Shown in pieces: positions 10,450-18,940 of a DNA stretch of 64,000 bases. Numbering within the stretch: the first letter of the stretch is position 1; each line of letters opens with the position of its first letter. The position numbers and the translations under genes were made by a program. The notes under the pieces are model-generated. The model was given only the letters and a program-made list of their open reading frames with translations. It ran no database searches and had not been told where the DNA came from. The DNA is from Myxococcota bacterium (GTDB lineage: Bacteria > Myxococcota > UBA4151), in NCBI GenBank assembly GCA_036338695.1, contig JAYZBQ010000058.1:1-64000 (forward strand), written 5' to 3'.

Positions 10450-11370
10450 TCACTCGCTGGGTCGGTGTGCCCAGGCGCGCTCAATAACCTGCGCCCCTGC
10501 CGGGTCGTGCGCTTCGAGCTCGGCGCGTTCAAAGGGATAGAAGTCATTGCGCCAAAACCAGGCCTCGGTGAGCTCGGCGAAGTACTCTTGTTTGTTGGTT
10601 TTGGCGTAGGCTTCGGCGGTGCCACCGCTCACATAGGCAACCTCGTCGTAGATCCCAGACTCCATGGCTGCGGCGTATGCCGCCTCGATCTCTGGGTTGT
10701 CGTAGCCGAGCGCTTGGTGGTGCCAGGCGTGCGCTAGCTCGTGCAGCACGATCGCCGGTTGCTGTTCGACCCACGACATATAGTTCTGCGCATGACCTAG
10801 CTGAATACCGCGCGCCCATTCTTCAGGATAGCCGTTGTTCGCCAGCCAGCGAGCCGAAGGGTGGTAGACGCCGCCGGGGAAATCCTGCGCTTGTTCCGCC
10901 CAAATCGTGACGCGCTTGAGAAACGTAAACGCATGTGCAGGCAGCTCGTTTTCGATGATCGAGAGGTCCTCGTCGAGAGCCATCAGTACGCGCTCTGCCA
11001 GCGTCGGCTCCTCGGCGGCGAGTGATTCAGCTAAACAGACCCGAAAGCCACGCAGCCAGAGCGCTCGATAGTCAAAACGAGTGCCGCAGGGTCTGACCGT
11101 GCAATCCTCGAGACAATGGCTCGCTGGCACCGCGCCCGCGTCATCGCAGGCTTCGCCCTCGTTGACGACGCCATCGCCGCAGACGGAGGCGCCGGCGTCG
11201 GGAGCGCTCACGGAGGCATCGACTGAGGTGTCGACCGAGGCGTCGCGTGTGGGGGTTGTCGCGTCGGCAACGGCGCCACCGGCATCCTGTGCTGTCGAAG
11301 GCGGCGACTCGTGGGAACAGGCGCTCGCAACGAGGAGTCCAAAGGCGATCAGTTGCTGTCGTGAAGGCAT
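10450..11370 (-). CDS. Zinc metallopeptidase lipoprotein (ATLF/M90-like) with one Cys-rich repeat
   Basis: Lipobox ASAC; CGDGVVNEGEACDD; HELAHAWH; YAKTNKQEYFAE; DFYPF. Confidence 0.75.
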   Translation of the reverse strand: MPSRQQLIAFGLLVASACSHESPPSTAQDAGGAVADATTPTRDASVDTSVDASVSAPDAGASVCGDGVVNEGEACDDAGAVPASHCLEDCTVRPCGTRFDYRALWLRGFRVCLAESLAAEEPTLAERVLMALDEDLSIIENELPAHAFTFLKRVTIWAEQAQDFPGGVYHPSARWLANNGYPEEWARGIQLGHAQNYMSWVEQQPAIVLHELAHAWHHQALGYDNPEIEAAYAAAMESGIYDEVAYVSGGTAEAYAKTNKQEYFAELTEAWFWRNDFYPFERAELEAHDPAGAQVIERAWAHRPSE

Positions 11371-11490
11371 GATCAGCTCATTGCGTCGGTGCACGTGGGA
11401 CTATGCTCTAGCAGCGGCTGTTGTGTCGAGGGCGACGCCTTGAGTTGACATGCGCTGCGCCGAGATGCAGCGAGACCGCGAGGTGGGTTT

Positions 11491-13368
11491 ATGATTCAAG
11501 GCCACGGGCTGTGTATGGACTTCGGCTTGGGCGCTGTGCTCGACCAAGCGAGCTTTGTGCTCGAGCGCGGCGAGCGGGTCTGTCTGGTGGGCCGAAACGG
11601 GCAAGGCAAAAGCACCCTGATGAAGATCGTCGCTGGGCTGCGTGAACCCGACGATGGTCACTTGGTCATCGAGCCACACACCCGGATCGCCTATCTTCCG
11701 CAGACCGTCCCGGAAGACATGGAGGGGACGCTGCTCGACGTGGTGTTGTCGGGCGCCGATGCGAGCGCTCAGCGGCTCGCCGAGTACGAGCGCTTGAGTC
11801 AACACTTGAGCGACCCACCGACGGAGCGGGAGCTCGAGCGTCTTCAGGACTTACAGGACGAGCTGGACCGTCGTGACGGCTGGACCGTACGACAAGACGG
11901 ACTGGCTGCGCTGGCTCGGCTCCAGCTCGACCCTTTGGAGCGTTTCGAGCGACTCTCCGGGGGTCGAAAGCGCCAATGCCTTTTGATGCGCGCCCTGGTG
12001 TCCAAGCCCGACGTGCTAATGCTTGATGAGCCGACCAATCACCTCGACGTGGTCGCGATCGAGTGGCTCGAGGGCTTGCTCAAGGGGTTCTTCGGGGCCG
12101 TTCTCTTCGTGACACACGATCGCGCCTTCTTGCGCTCCGTCTCCACGCGCATTCTCGATCTCGACCGAGGCAAGCTCGCAAGTTATCCCGGTGATTTCGA
12201 CCGCTACCAAATGCTCAAACAGGCTGACCTAGACGCCGAAGCCAAAGCTTGGAGCGAGTTCGATAAGAAGCTCGCGCAAGAGGAGGCTTGGATCCGCCAA
12301 GGGATCAAGGCGCGTCGAACCCGCAATGAAGGGCGAGTTCGAGCGCTCGAGCGACTGCGCGTCGAGCGAAAGGCGCGACGAGAACGCACGGGGAACGCAC
12401 GCATCACCGTGCAGCAAGCCGGGCGCTCGGGGCGGCGCGTGATCGCAACCCAAGGGCTCCGCTTCGCTTGGCCTGACCGGGCGATCGTCGACGGGTTGGA
12501 CCTTGAGCTGCACAGCGGTGACCGGCTCGGGATCATCGGCCCCAACGGCTGCGGTAAAACGACGCTGCTGCGCCTTTTACTCGGTGAGCTCTCGCCGCAA
12601 CAGGGCACGGTGGCGCTTGGGACCAAACTCGAGCCCATCTACTTTGATCAGCTGCGCAACCAACTCGATGAGGACAAGACCGTCCACGAGAACGTCTGCG
12701 ATGACAGCGACACGGTCTTTATCAACGGCGCCCCGCGTCACGTGATCAGCTACCTCGGCGACTTTTTGTTCTCACCCGCCCGAGCGCGCAGCCGCGTGAG
12801 CGTGCTGTCAGGCGGTGAGCGCAACCGGCTCTTGCTCGCCAAGTTGTTCACCAAACCCGCCAACCTGTTAGTCCTTGATGAGCCGACCAATGACCTCGAC
12901 ACGGAAACGCTCGAGCTGCTCGAGACGACGTTGATCGACTACAGCGGGAGCCTCCTCGTGGTCAGCCACGACCGAGAGTTCATCAACAACGTAGTCACCA
13001 GCTGTCTCGCCTTCGACCATGACGGGGTCGTACGTCACTATGTCGGCGGCTATGATGACTGGCTACGGCAGCGACCGATCCGCCGAGAGCAGGCGAAGGC
13101 TGAACGCACCGAGTCAGCGATCGAGCGCCCCAAAGCACGCAAAGGGATCAGCTTTACTCAGCGCCACGAGCTCGCCGCGCTGCCAGTGCAGATCGAGGCG
13201 CTCGAGGAAGAGCAGCGAAAAGTTAATGAAGCGGTCCTCGCCCGAGGGTTCTACGACCAGCCGGCGGACGTGGTGCAGACGCATCTGCAGCGCCTTGAAG
13301 CGATCGAGGCCGAGCTCCTCGCACTGTACGAGCGCTGGGAGCTCCTCGATGGGCTCGATGAATCCTAA
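11491..13368 (+). CDS. uup: ABC-F family ATPase Uup
   Basis: Two ABC domains (GRNGQGKS, LSGG, LDEPTNHLD; GPNGCGKT, LSGGERNR). Linker WIRQGIKARRTRNEGRVRAL. C-terminal coiled coil. Confidence 0.92.
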   Translation: MIQGHGLCMDFGLGAVLDQASFVLERGERVCLVGRNGQGKSTLMKIVAGLREPDDGHLVIEPHTRIAYLPQTVPEDMEGTLLDVVLSGADASAQRLAEYERLSQHLSDPPTERELERLQDLQDELDRRDGWTVRQDGLAALARLQLDPLERFERLSGGRKRQCLLMRALVSKPDVLMLDEPTNHLDVVAIEWLEGLLKGFFGAVLFVTHDRAFLRSVSTRILDLDRGKLASYPGDFDRYQMLKQADLDAEAKAWSEFDKKLAQEEAWIRQGIKARRTRNEGRVRALERLRVERKARRERTGNARITVQQAGRSGRRVIATQGLRFAWPDRAIVDGLDLELHSGDRLGIIGPNGCGKTTLLRLLLGELSPQQGTVALGTKLEPIYFDQLRNQLDEDKTVHENVCDDSDTVFINGAPRHVISYLGDFLFSPARARSRVSVLSGGERNRLLLAKLFTKPANLLVLDEPTNDLDTETLELLETTLIDYSGSLLVVSHDREFINNVVTSCLAFDHDGVVRHYVGGYDDWLRQRPIRREQAKAERTESAIERPKARKGISFTQRHELAALPVQIEALEEEQRKVNEAVLARGFYDQPADVVQTHLQRLEAIEAELLALYERWELLDGLDES

Positions 13369-13841
13369 AGCAGCGCGCGAATGTCGGCGTCGAGGTCTTC
13401 GGGGCTCGCTTGCGGCGAGAAGCGCTTGATCACGCGCCCCTCGCGGTCGACCAAAAACTTCGTAAAGTTCCATTTGATCGCTTGGGTGCCGAGGACTCCG
13501 GGCGCCTCCGCCTTGAGCCGCTCGAACAGAGGGTGCGTATCGGCACCGTTTACTTTGACCTTTGAGAACATGGGGAACGAGACCCCGTACCGCTCCTCGC
13601 AAAAACTGGCGATAGCGGCTTCGCCCTTGGGCTCTTGCGCACCAAACTGATTGCACGGAAAGCCGAGCACGCTGAAGCCTTGGTCGGCGTAGCGCTGATA
13701 CAGTGACTCCAAGCCCTCATACTGCGGGGTCAGACCGCAATAACTTGCGGTGTTCACGATGAGCAGGACCTGGTCTTTGAAGCCCTCGAGGGTGGTCGGC
13801 TGCCCATCGATTGTCTCTACTTGTGCGGCGTGATCGATCAT
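13365..13841 (-). CDS. btuE: Glutathione peroxidase (Cys-type)
   Basis: NTASYCGLT, LGFPCNQFGAQEP, IKWNFTKFLV. Confidence 0.92.
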   Translation of the reverse strand: MIDHAAQVETIDGQPTTLEGFKDQVLLIVNTASYCGLTPQYEGLESLYQRYADQGFSVLGFPCNQFGAQEPKGEAAIASFCEERYGVSFPMFSKVKVNGADTHPLFERLKAEAPGVLGTQAIKWNFTKFLVDREGRVIKRFSPQASPEDLDADIRALL

Positions 13842-13876
13842 CGTCTGGATTCTCCATCGCTGTCCTTGCAGTCGTT

Positions 13877-13905
13877 TTGATCGTTTTCAAGTGATCAATA
13901 TCACA
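13877..13905. promoter_or_regulatory. Two adjacent CRP/FNR-family-like palindromes in the divergent gpx / Cys-repeat gene promoter
   Basis: TTGAT-cgtt-TTCAA (13877-13890) and AGTGA-tcaata-TCACA (13890-13905) lie in an AT-rich patch. Confidence 0.4.
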
Positions 13906-13989
13906 CGATATGACCAATTCGGCTATTCCGTAGCTGGGCTTGTGGCCGGCGACCCAAGCGCTCTAACCTAGGAGCCGATAGGGGATGCC

Positions 13990-16629
13990 ATGACACGCTC
14001 AGCCGCCTTATGGTCCTCGCGCCTGCTCGGGTTTGCGATCGTTTTAAACCTCTCGTGCGGCGATCAAGTCGTCATCCGAGAGACCGAAGCCTCCTGCGGC
14101 AACGGGGCGCTCGAAGCTGGAGAAGCATGTGACGATGGCAACGAGGATCCATCGGATGCGTGCACCAACAGCTGTACGATTGCGCGCTGCGGAGACTCGG
14201 TCACCCGCGGTGATCTCTCATTTGGTGATGAGGGCTACGAAGCATGCGACGACGGAAACGCGGTCGACGACGACGAGTGCACCTCTGCTTGCGTCTCAGC
14301 CACCTGCGGCGACGGCATCATACGTAGGGATCGCGCCGAGGGCGACTTGGACTTTGAGCGCTGCGATGATGGCAACCGTGTAGACACCGACGCGTGCCGT
14401 AACGACTGCACCGCGGCGCGCTGCGGCGATGGGATTGTGCGGGATGATTTGGAGCCCGGCGAGCCCGGCTATGAGTCCTGCGACGACGGCAATGACGTGG
14501 ACTCGGACACCTGCCTGGGCACCTGTCAAAGCGCTCGGTGCGGCGATGGCGTGGTCGGACCTGGAGAGGGCTGCGATGACGGCAATGACGACCCCACCGA
14601 CGCCTGCAACGCCTGCCAGCCGTCGTCATGTGGTGACGGCGTGGTGCAAGACGGTGAGCGGTGCGACGACGGCAACGAGGTCGACGTGGATGCGTGCTTG
14701 AGCACCTGCGCTCCAGCAGTCTGCGGCGATGGGGTGATCTGGGCGGACGTAGAGGCGTGCGATGACGGCAACGCCGACCCAGCGGACGCGTGCACCACGG
14801 GCTGCGTCGAGGCTGTCTGCGGTGACCGAATTTTGCGGCGCGATCTCCAGCCCGAAGAGCCGGGCTTTGAGGAGTGCGACGACGGCAACGTCGAGTCGGG
14901 TGATGGCTGCTCGGTGAACTGCGGGCTTGAGCGCTGTGGTAACGGGAGGATCGATCAGGGTGAGGTCTGCGACGACGGCAACGCTGTTGAAACCGACGCA
15001 TGCTTGAGCACCTGCCAGCCGGCGCGCTGCGGCGATGGCACGCTGCGGCAGGATCTCGACGTGGGCGATCAAGGCTTTGAGGCTTGCGACGACGGCAACG
15101 CCAATGACGCCGACGCCTGCCGAAACAGCTGCGTGCTCGCAGCGTGCGGCGACGGCGTCGTGTACGCAGACGCTGAAGATTGTGATGACGGCAACCGCGT
15201 CAGCGGCGACGGCTGCACCTCGGAGTGTCGCGTGGAGGCTTGCGGTAACGGCCGCGTCGACGTCGGGGAAGCCTGCGATGACAACAACCTGGCGGCCGGC
15301 GACGGCTGCGACCCGCAGTGCCGGCTGGAGGTCTGCGGTAACGGGCGCGTCGACGCCGGCGAGGAATGCGACGACGCCAACCGAAGCGAGACGGACAGCT
15401 GCACCAGCGGGTGCCGCCTCGCACGCTGCGGTGACGGGATTCGGCGTCAGGACCTTGAACTGGGCGCTGAAGGTTACGAAGAGTGTGACGACGGCAACGA
15501 GGTCGACGCCGACGGCTGCCGGAACAGCTGCCGCGTCCTGCGATGCGGCGATGGTGTGGTTGCGGCGGGCATCGAGAGCTGCGATGACGGGAACCGAGTC
15601 CAAACCGACGCGTGCCTCAACGACTGCACGTTGGCGCGCTGCGGCGATGGCTTTGTACGCGAAGGCGAGGAAGCCTGCGACGACGGCAACCGCAGCGACA
15701 CGGATGCGTGCACCAACGGCTGCGCAGTAGCTGCCTGCGGCGACGGCATCTTGCGGGCGAACCTCGCAGACGGCGAGGAGGGGTTTGAGGCGTGCGATGA
15801 CGGCAACCAAGTCCAGACTGACGCCTGCCTGAACAACTGCGTGGCCGCCTCGTGCGGTGACCAGATCGTGCGGGCGGGGGTCGAGGACTGCGATGACGGC
15901 AATCAAACTCAGACCGACGCGTGCCTCAACGACTGCAGCGACGCCTCCTGCGGCGATGGGCACGTTCAATCCGGCGTCGAGGGATGCGACGACGGCAACC
16001 GAGTCAACGATGACACGTGCTCGAACGCCTGTGAGCCGACCTCGATCCACAACACCATGGCCTTCGACGGCAACCAAACGGCCGGGGGCTGTTCGTACAA
16101 CAACGCCCACGCCTTCCGATACCGCAACCTCGGCGCCATGACCTGGACCGAATGCGCCGTTGAGGCGTCCAAGCGCGGCGCCGGTATGACGCCTGGCGCT
16201 TACTCGGTGAGCACGGGTTGGTACGGGCACCGACGAGGCGACTCGGCGATGACAGGCGTATGGAACAGCTACCGCGAAGCGTCGATCGGCAGCAACGTCA
16301 ACTGCGTGGTCGGGCGCGACGCTCGATCCAACACGCGCGACGGCCAGCTCAGCGAGTCGATCACTTACGACGGCCGGCGCTGGCGCTATCAGGATTACGG
16401 GCTACGCCATTTTGACGAGTGCTTCTTACTCGCCTCGAACGCCGGCGCCAGCATCATCACGCCCTACACGATCGGCCGCACGGGGGACAACTACTGGGTC
16501 CACAGCGTGCACATGTGCAACACCTACGAGTGGATCACAAACAACGGGCGAGGATTTTCGTACGACAATATGGGTGGTGGGCAACGTTCAAGCCGCCGCA
16601 GCTGCATGGTCGGCTACATCGACTTCTAA
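13990..16629 (+). CDS. Myxobacterial Cys-rich repeat lipoprotein with duplicated C-terminal module
   Basis: About 19 CG[DN]G..CDDGN repeats; LSCGDQVVIRET N-terminus; tip unrelated to that of 2934-5741. Confidence 0.85.
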   Translation: MTRSAALWSSRLLGFAIVLNLSCGDQVVIRETEASCGNGALEAGEACDDGNEDPSDACTNSCTIARCGDSVTRGDLSFGDEGYEACDDGNAVDDDECTSACVSATCGDGIIRRDRAEGDLDFERCDDGNRVDTDACRNDCTAARCGDGIVRDDLEPGEPGYESCDDGNDVDSDTCLGTCQSARCGDGVVGPGEGCDDGNDDPTDACNACQPSSCGDGVVQDGERCDDGNEVDVDACLSTCAPAVCGDGVIWADVEACDDGNADPADACTTGCVEAVCGDRILRRDLQPEEPGFEECDDGNVESGDGCSVNCGLERCGNGRIDQGEVCDDGNAVETDACLSTCQPARCGDGTLRQDLDVGDQGFEACDDGNANDADACRNSCVLAACGDGVVYADAEDCDDGNRVSGDGCTSECRVEACGNGRVDVGEACDDNNLAAGDGCDPQCRLEVCGNGRVDAGEECDDANRSETDSCTSGCRLARCGDGIRRQDLELGAEGYEECDDGNEVDADGCRNSCRVLRCGDGVVAAGIESCDDGNRVQTDACLNDCTLARCGDGFVREGEEACDDGNRSDTDACTNGCAVAACGDGILRANLADGEEGFEACDDGNQVQTDACLNNCVAASCGDQIVRAGVEDCDDGNQTQTDACLNDCSDASCGDGHVQSGVEGCDDGNRVNDDTCSNACEPTSIHNTMAFDGNQTAGGCSYNNAHAFRYRNLGAMTWTECAVEASKRGAGMTPGAYSVSTGWYGHRRGDSAMTGVWNSYREASIGSNVNCVVGRDARSNTRDGQLSESITYDGRRWRYQDYGLRHFDECFLLASNAGASIITPYTIGRTGDNYWVHSVHMCNTYEWITNNGRGFSYDNMGGGQRSSRRSCMVGYIDF

Positions 16630-16639
16630 GGAGGCGACG

Positions 16640-17437
16640 ATGCAGAGGTTAGCGCTTGTCGTCGCCACTTTTGCGCTCGGGCTGAGCCTGAGCGCTTGGT
16701 TGCGCCCGGCGGGGCAAGTGGACGCAACGGGCTCGCCAGCGAGCCTCGAGGCGGCAGAGCGACTCACCGAGATCGAGCGGCGGCTCGACGAGCTCTCAGA
16801 CGACGTCCTCACGCTTTTACGTGCGCAGAGGCAGGAGGGGCAGGCTCGGGCCACGCAGCCTCAACTCGGCGCCAAGGCTGAGGGGCTTGCAACAACGCCT
16901 GAGGAGACAAAGCCAAAGGACTTAGACGCTCGTCTCTCGGCGCTCGAGCATCAGTTTCGTCAGCGCAATGAGAAGGGACAATGGATCGCGAGTGCCGAAG
17001 AGCTCGGCGCGATGTTCAAGTGGTCGCCCGAAACCAAAGCGCAAGCAACGGCGTGGTTTAATGAAGCCAAAGACCAAGCCTTGAGCGTGCTCTCAGCCCC
17101 GAACGAAGACGGCGTCTCGCCCCTCGATCAGATGGCGGACGACTTCGTTGCGCAGATCGATTTTGCTGAGGCGATGAAGCGGCTGGACGAGCGCATGAAA
17201 CAGACCGTCCCGGGCGGTGACGAGACCTACGCAGACCAGATGCAACGGCTCGAGAACACGCTGTTTGAGCGCTTTGAGGGGATGCTCGGCGACGACGACT
17301 ACGAACGCTTTCGAGACCTTAATCTGGCGCCGACGATGATCTACACAGGTTATGACCCCATGCAGGGTCATCTTCAAAAGGTGCTCGAGCGCCGCGCACC
17401 AGAGTTTGCGCCGACAGGTTCGGCTCCGCCTCCTTGA
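16640..17437 (+). CDS. Hypothetical exported or membrane-anchored helical protein
   Basis: TAAGGAGG overlaps the upstream stop, then ATG 16640. Hydrophobic N-terminus followed by coiled-coil-like segments. Confidence 0.7.
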   Translation: MQRLALVVATFALGLSLSAWLRPAGQVDATGSPASLEAAERLTEIERRLDELSDDVLTLLRAQRQEGQARATQPQLGAKAEGLATTPEETKPKDLDARLSALEHQFRQRNEKGQWIASAEELGAMFKWSPETKAQATAWFNEAKDQALSVLSAPNEDGVSPLDQMADDFVAQIDFAEAMKRLDERMKQTVPGGDETYADQMQRLENTLFERFEGMLGDDDYERFRDLNLAPTMIYTGYDPMQGHLQKVLERRAPEFAPTGSAPPP

Positions 17438-17531
17438 GCCACCGGGATCAGACGCCGCTCCACCGGAGCAGGGCTTGTTCGATGCGCTGGAGTCGGCCAT
17501 TTTCCCAGCCCCTGGTGGCTGGAGGGAGATC

Positions 17532-17645
17532 ATGATCCGTTCATCGATGTTTTGGCTGTGCGGCTTCTTTGTGGTCACGCGCCCGTCCTGCGGCGACCAG
17601 GTCGTGGTGCGTGAGACCCAAGCAGCTTGCGGAAATGGGGTGTAG
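17532..17645 (+). pseudogene. Truncated 5' stub of a Cys-rich repeat gene
   Basis: GGAGGGAG then MIRSSMFWLCGFFVVTRPSCGDQVVVRETQAACGNGV*. This matches SCGEQVVVRETRATCGNG and SCGDQVVIRETEASCGNG of the two full paralogs. Confidence 0.7.
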
Positions 17646-17647
17646 TC

Positions 17648-18907
17648 ATGTTGTCTCGATCATTCGCGACGCTTCTGCTGCCAGCGCTTTGGCTCGGGAT
17701 CAGCGCCTGTTCTTTGCCGGACACCATCGACGCCGTCTGCGGGAACGGAGTCGTTGAGGCGGATGAGGCATGCGATGACGGGAACGCAGAAGATACGGAC
17801 AGCTGCTTGAGCACGTGCGTGGCGGCGACCTGCGGTGATGGAGCGGTACACCAGGACGTTGAGGCCTGCGATGACGGCAACACGGAGGACACCGACGCCT
17901 GTCTGAGCATCTGTGTCGCCGCGCGCTGCGGCGATGGGTTCGTCCACGAGGGCGTTGAAGCGTGCGATGACGGTAACGCCGAGGACGGCGACGCCTGTCC
18001 AAGCACCTGCGCTGAAGCGACCTGCGGTGATGGGTTTGTCCATGGCGGTGTAGAAGCCTGCGATGACGGCAACGACGACAACTCAGACGCCTGTCTCGAT
18101 GACTGCACCGACAACCGCTGCGGCGATGGCTTCGTCCACGCGGGCGTGGAAGCCTGTGATGACGGTAACGACGGCAACGACGACGCCTGCTTGGATGACT
18201 GCAGCCAAGCCGCTTGCGGCGATGGCTATGTTCACGTCGGCGTCGAGGCTTGCGATGACGGTAACCTGGAGCCTGGAGATGCCTGCACCGATCGATGTGA
18301 GGTCGCCCGATGCGGCGACGGCGTACTGCACCGCGGTGAAGAAGCCTGCGATGACGGCAACACCAACGACCGAGATGACTGCTCGAATGACTGCGAGGAC
18401 CAGAGCCACCTCGTAAACAATTTTAGCGGCGTGGCGGGTCCCGTCATAGGCGATGGCTGGCGTCAATGCGCCGGCTACTTCGATCGCCGAGACCAAGAGG
18501 ATGTGCCGCTCGATTGGGGCGCTGCTTGCGCGACGCCCGGGACCAATAAAGTGCGCCTGTATTGCGGCGGCGACCTGCAAGAGCATCGCTTCATCGAGGT
18601 GAACCGAAACGTGTTTCGTGAAGGGCTAGGGCAGGGGATTAATGCTGGGGAACCGGCTCGCGATCTCATCACGCGCAGCAGCTGGGGCACCGGCCGCAAC
18701 CTGGGGATGCCGAACCTGATCTGGGCGGATGGGCGCCCCTCTCATCCCCACGTGGGCATGTCGCACTGGGGCAGCGACGGCGAGCCCTGCGTTTGGAACT
18801 ATGAGCGTCGACTGATCATCAATGGACCGGGCTGTACCTACGAGGTCTCTGATTGCCTGGGGCAAAACCCGGGTCACCGCTACCTCTGGGTTTACGTCAA
18901 ACCTTAG
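17648..18907 (+). CDS. Short myxobacterial Cys-rich repeat lipoprotein with a third type of C-terminal domain
   Basis: Lipobox ISAC; 7 CG[DN]G..EACDDGN repeats; unique tip of about 160 aa ending YLWVYVKP. Confidence 0.85.
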   Translation: MLSRSFATLLLPALWLGISACSLPDTIDAVCGNGVVEADEACDDGNAEDTDSCLSTCVAATCGDGAVHQDVEACDDGNTEDTDACLSICVAARCGDGFVHEGVEACDDGNAEDGDACPSTCAEATCGDGFVHGGVEACDDGNDDNSDACLDDCTDNRCGDGFVHAGVEACDDGNDGNDDACLDDCSQAACGDGYVHVGVEACDDGNLEPGDACTDRCEVARCGDGVLHRGEEACDDGNTNDRDDCSNDCEDQSHLVNNFSGVAGPVIGDGWRQCAGYFDRRDQEDVPLDWGAACATPGTNKVRLYCGGDLQEHRFIEVNRNVFREGLGQGINAGEPARDLITRSSWGTGRNLGMPNLIWADGRPSHPHVGMSHWGSDGEPCVWNYERRLIINGPGCTYEVSDCLGQNPGHRYLWVYVKP

Positions 18908-18940
18908 GGCTTTATCGCAGGCTCGTGGACAAAGCCTCCA

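Noticed and set aside
13730..13745. Possible selenocysteine in glutathione peroxidase (and in the SelP-like gene)
   Set aside because: The active-site codons are TGC, and neither ORF has an in-frame TGA.
16412..16639. 5' extension of the 16412-17437 ORF
   Set aside because: It overlaps the upstream CDS. A strong SD and signal-like sequence support ATG 16640.
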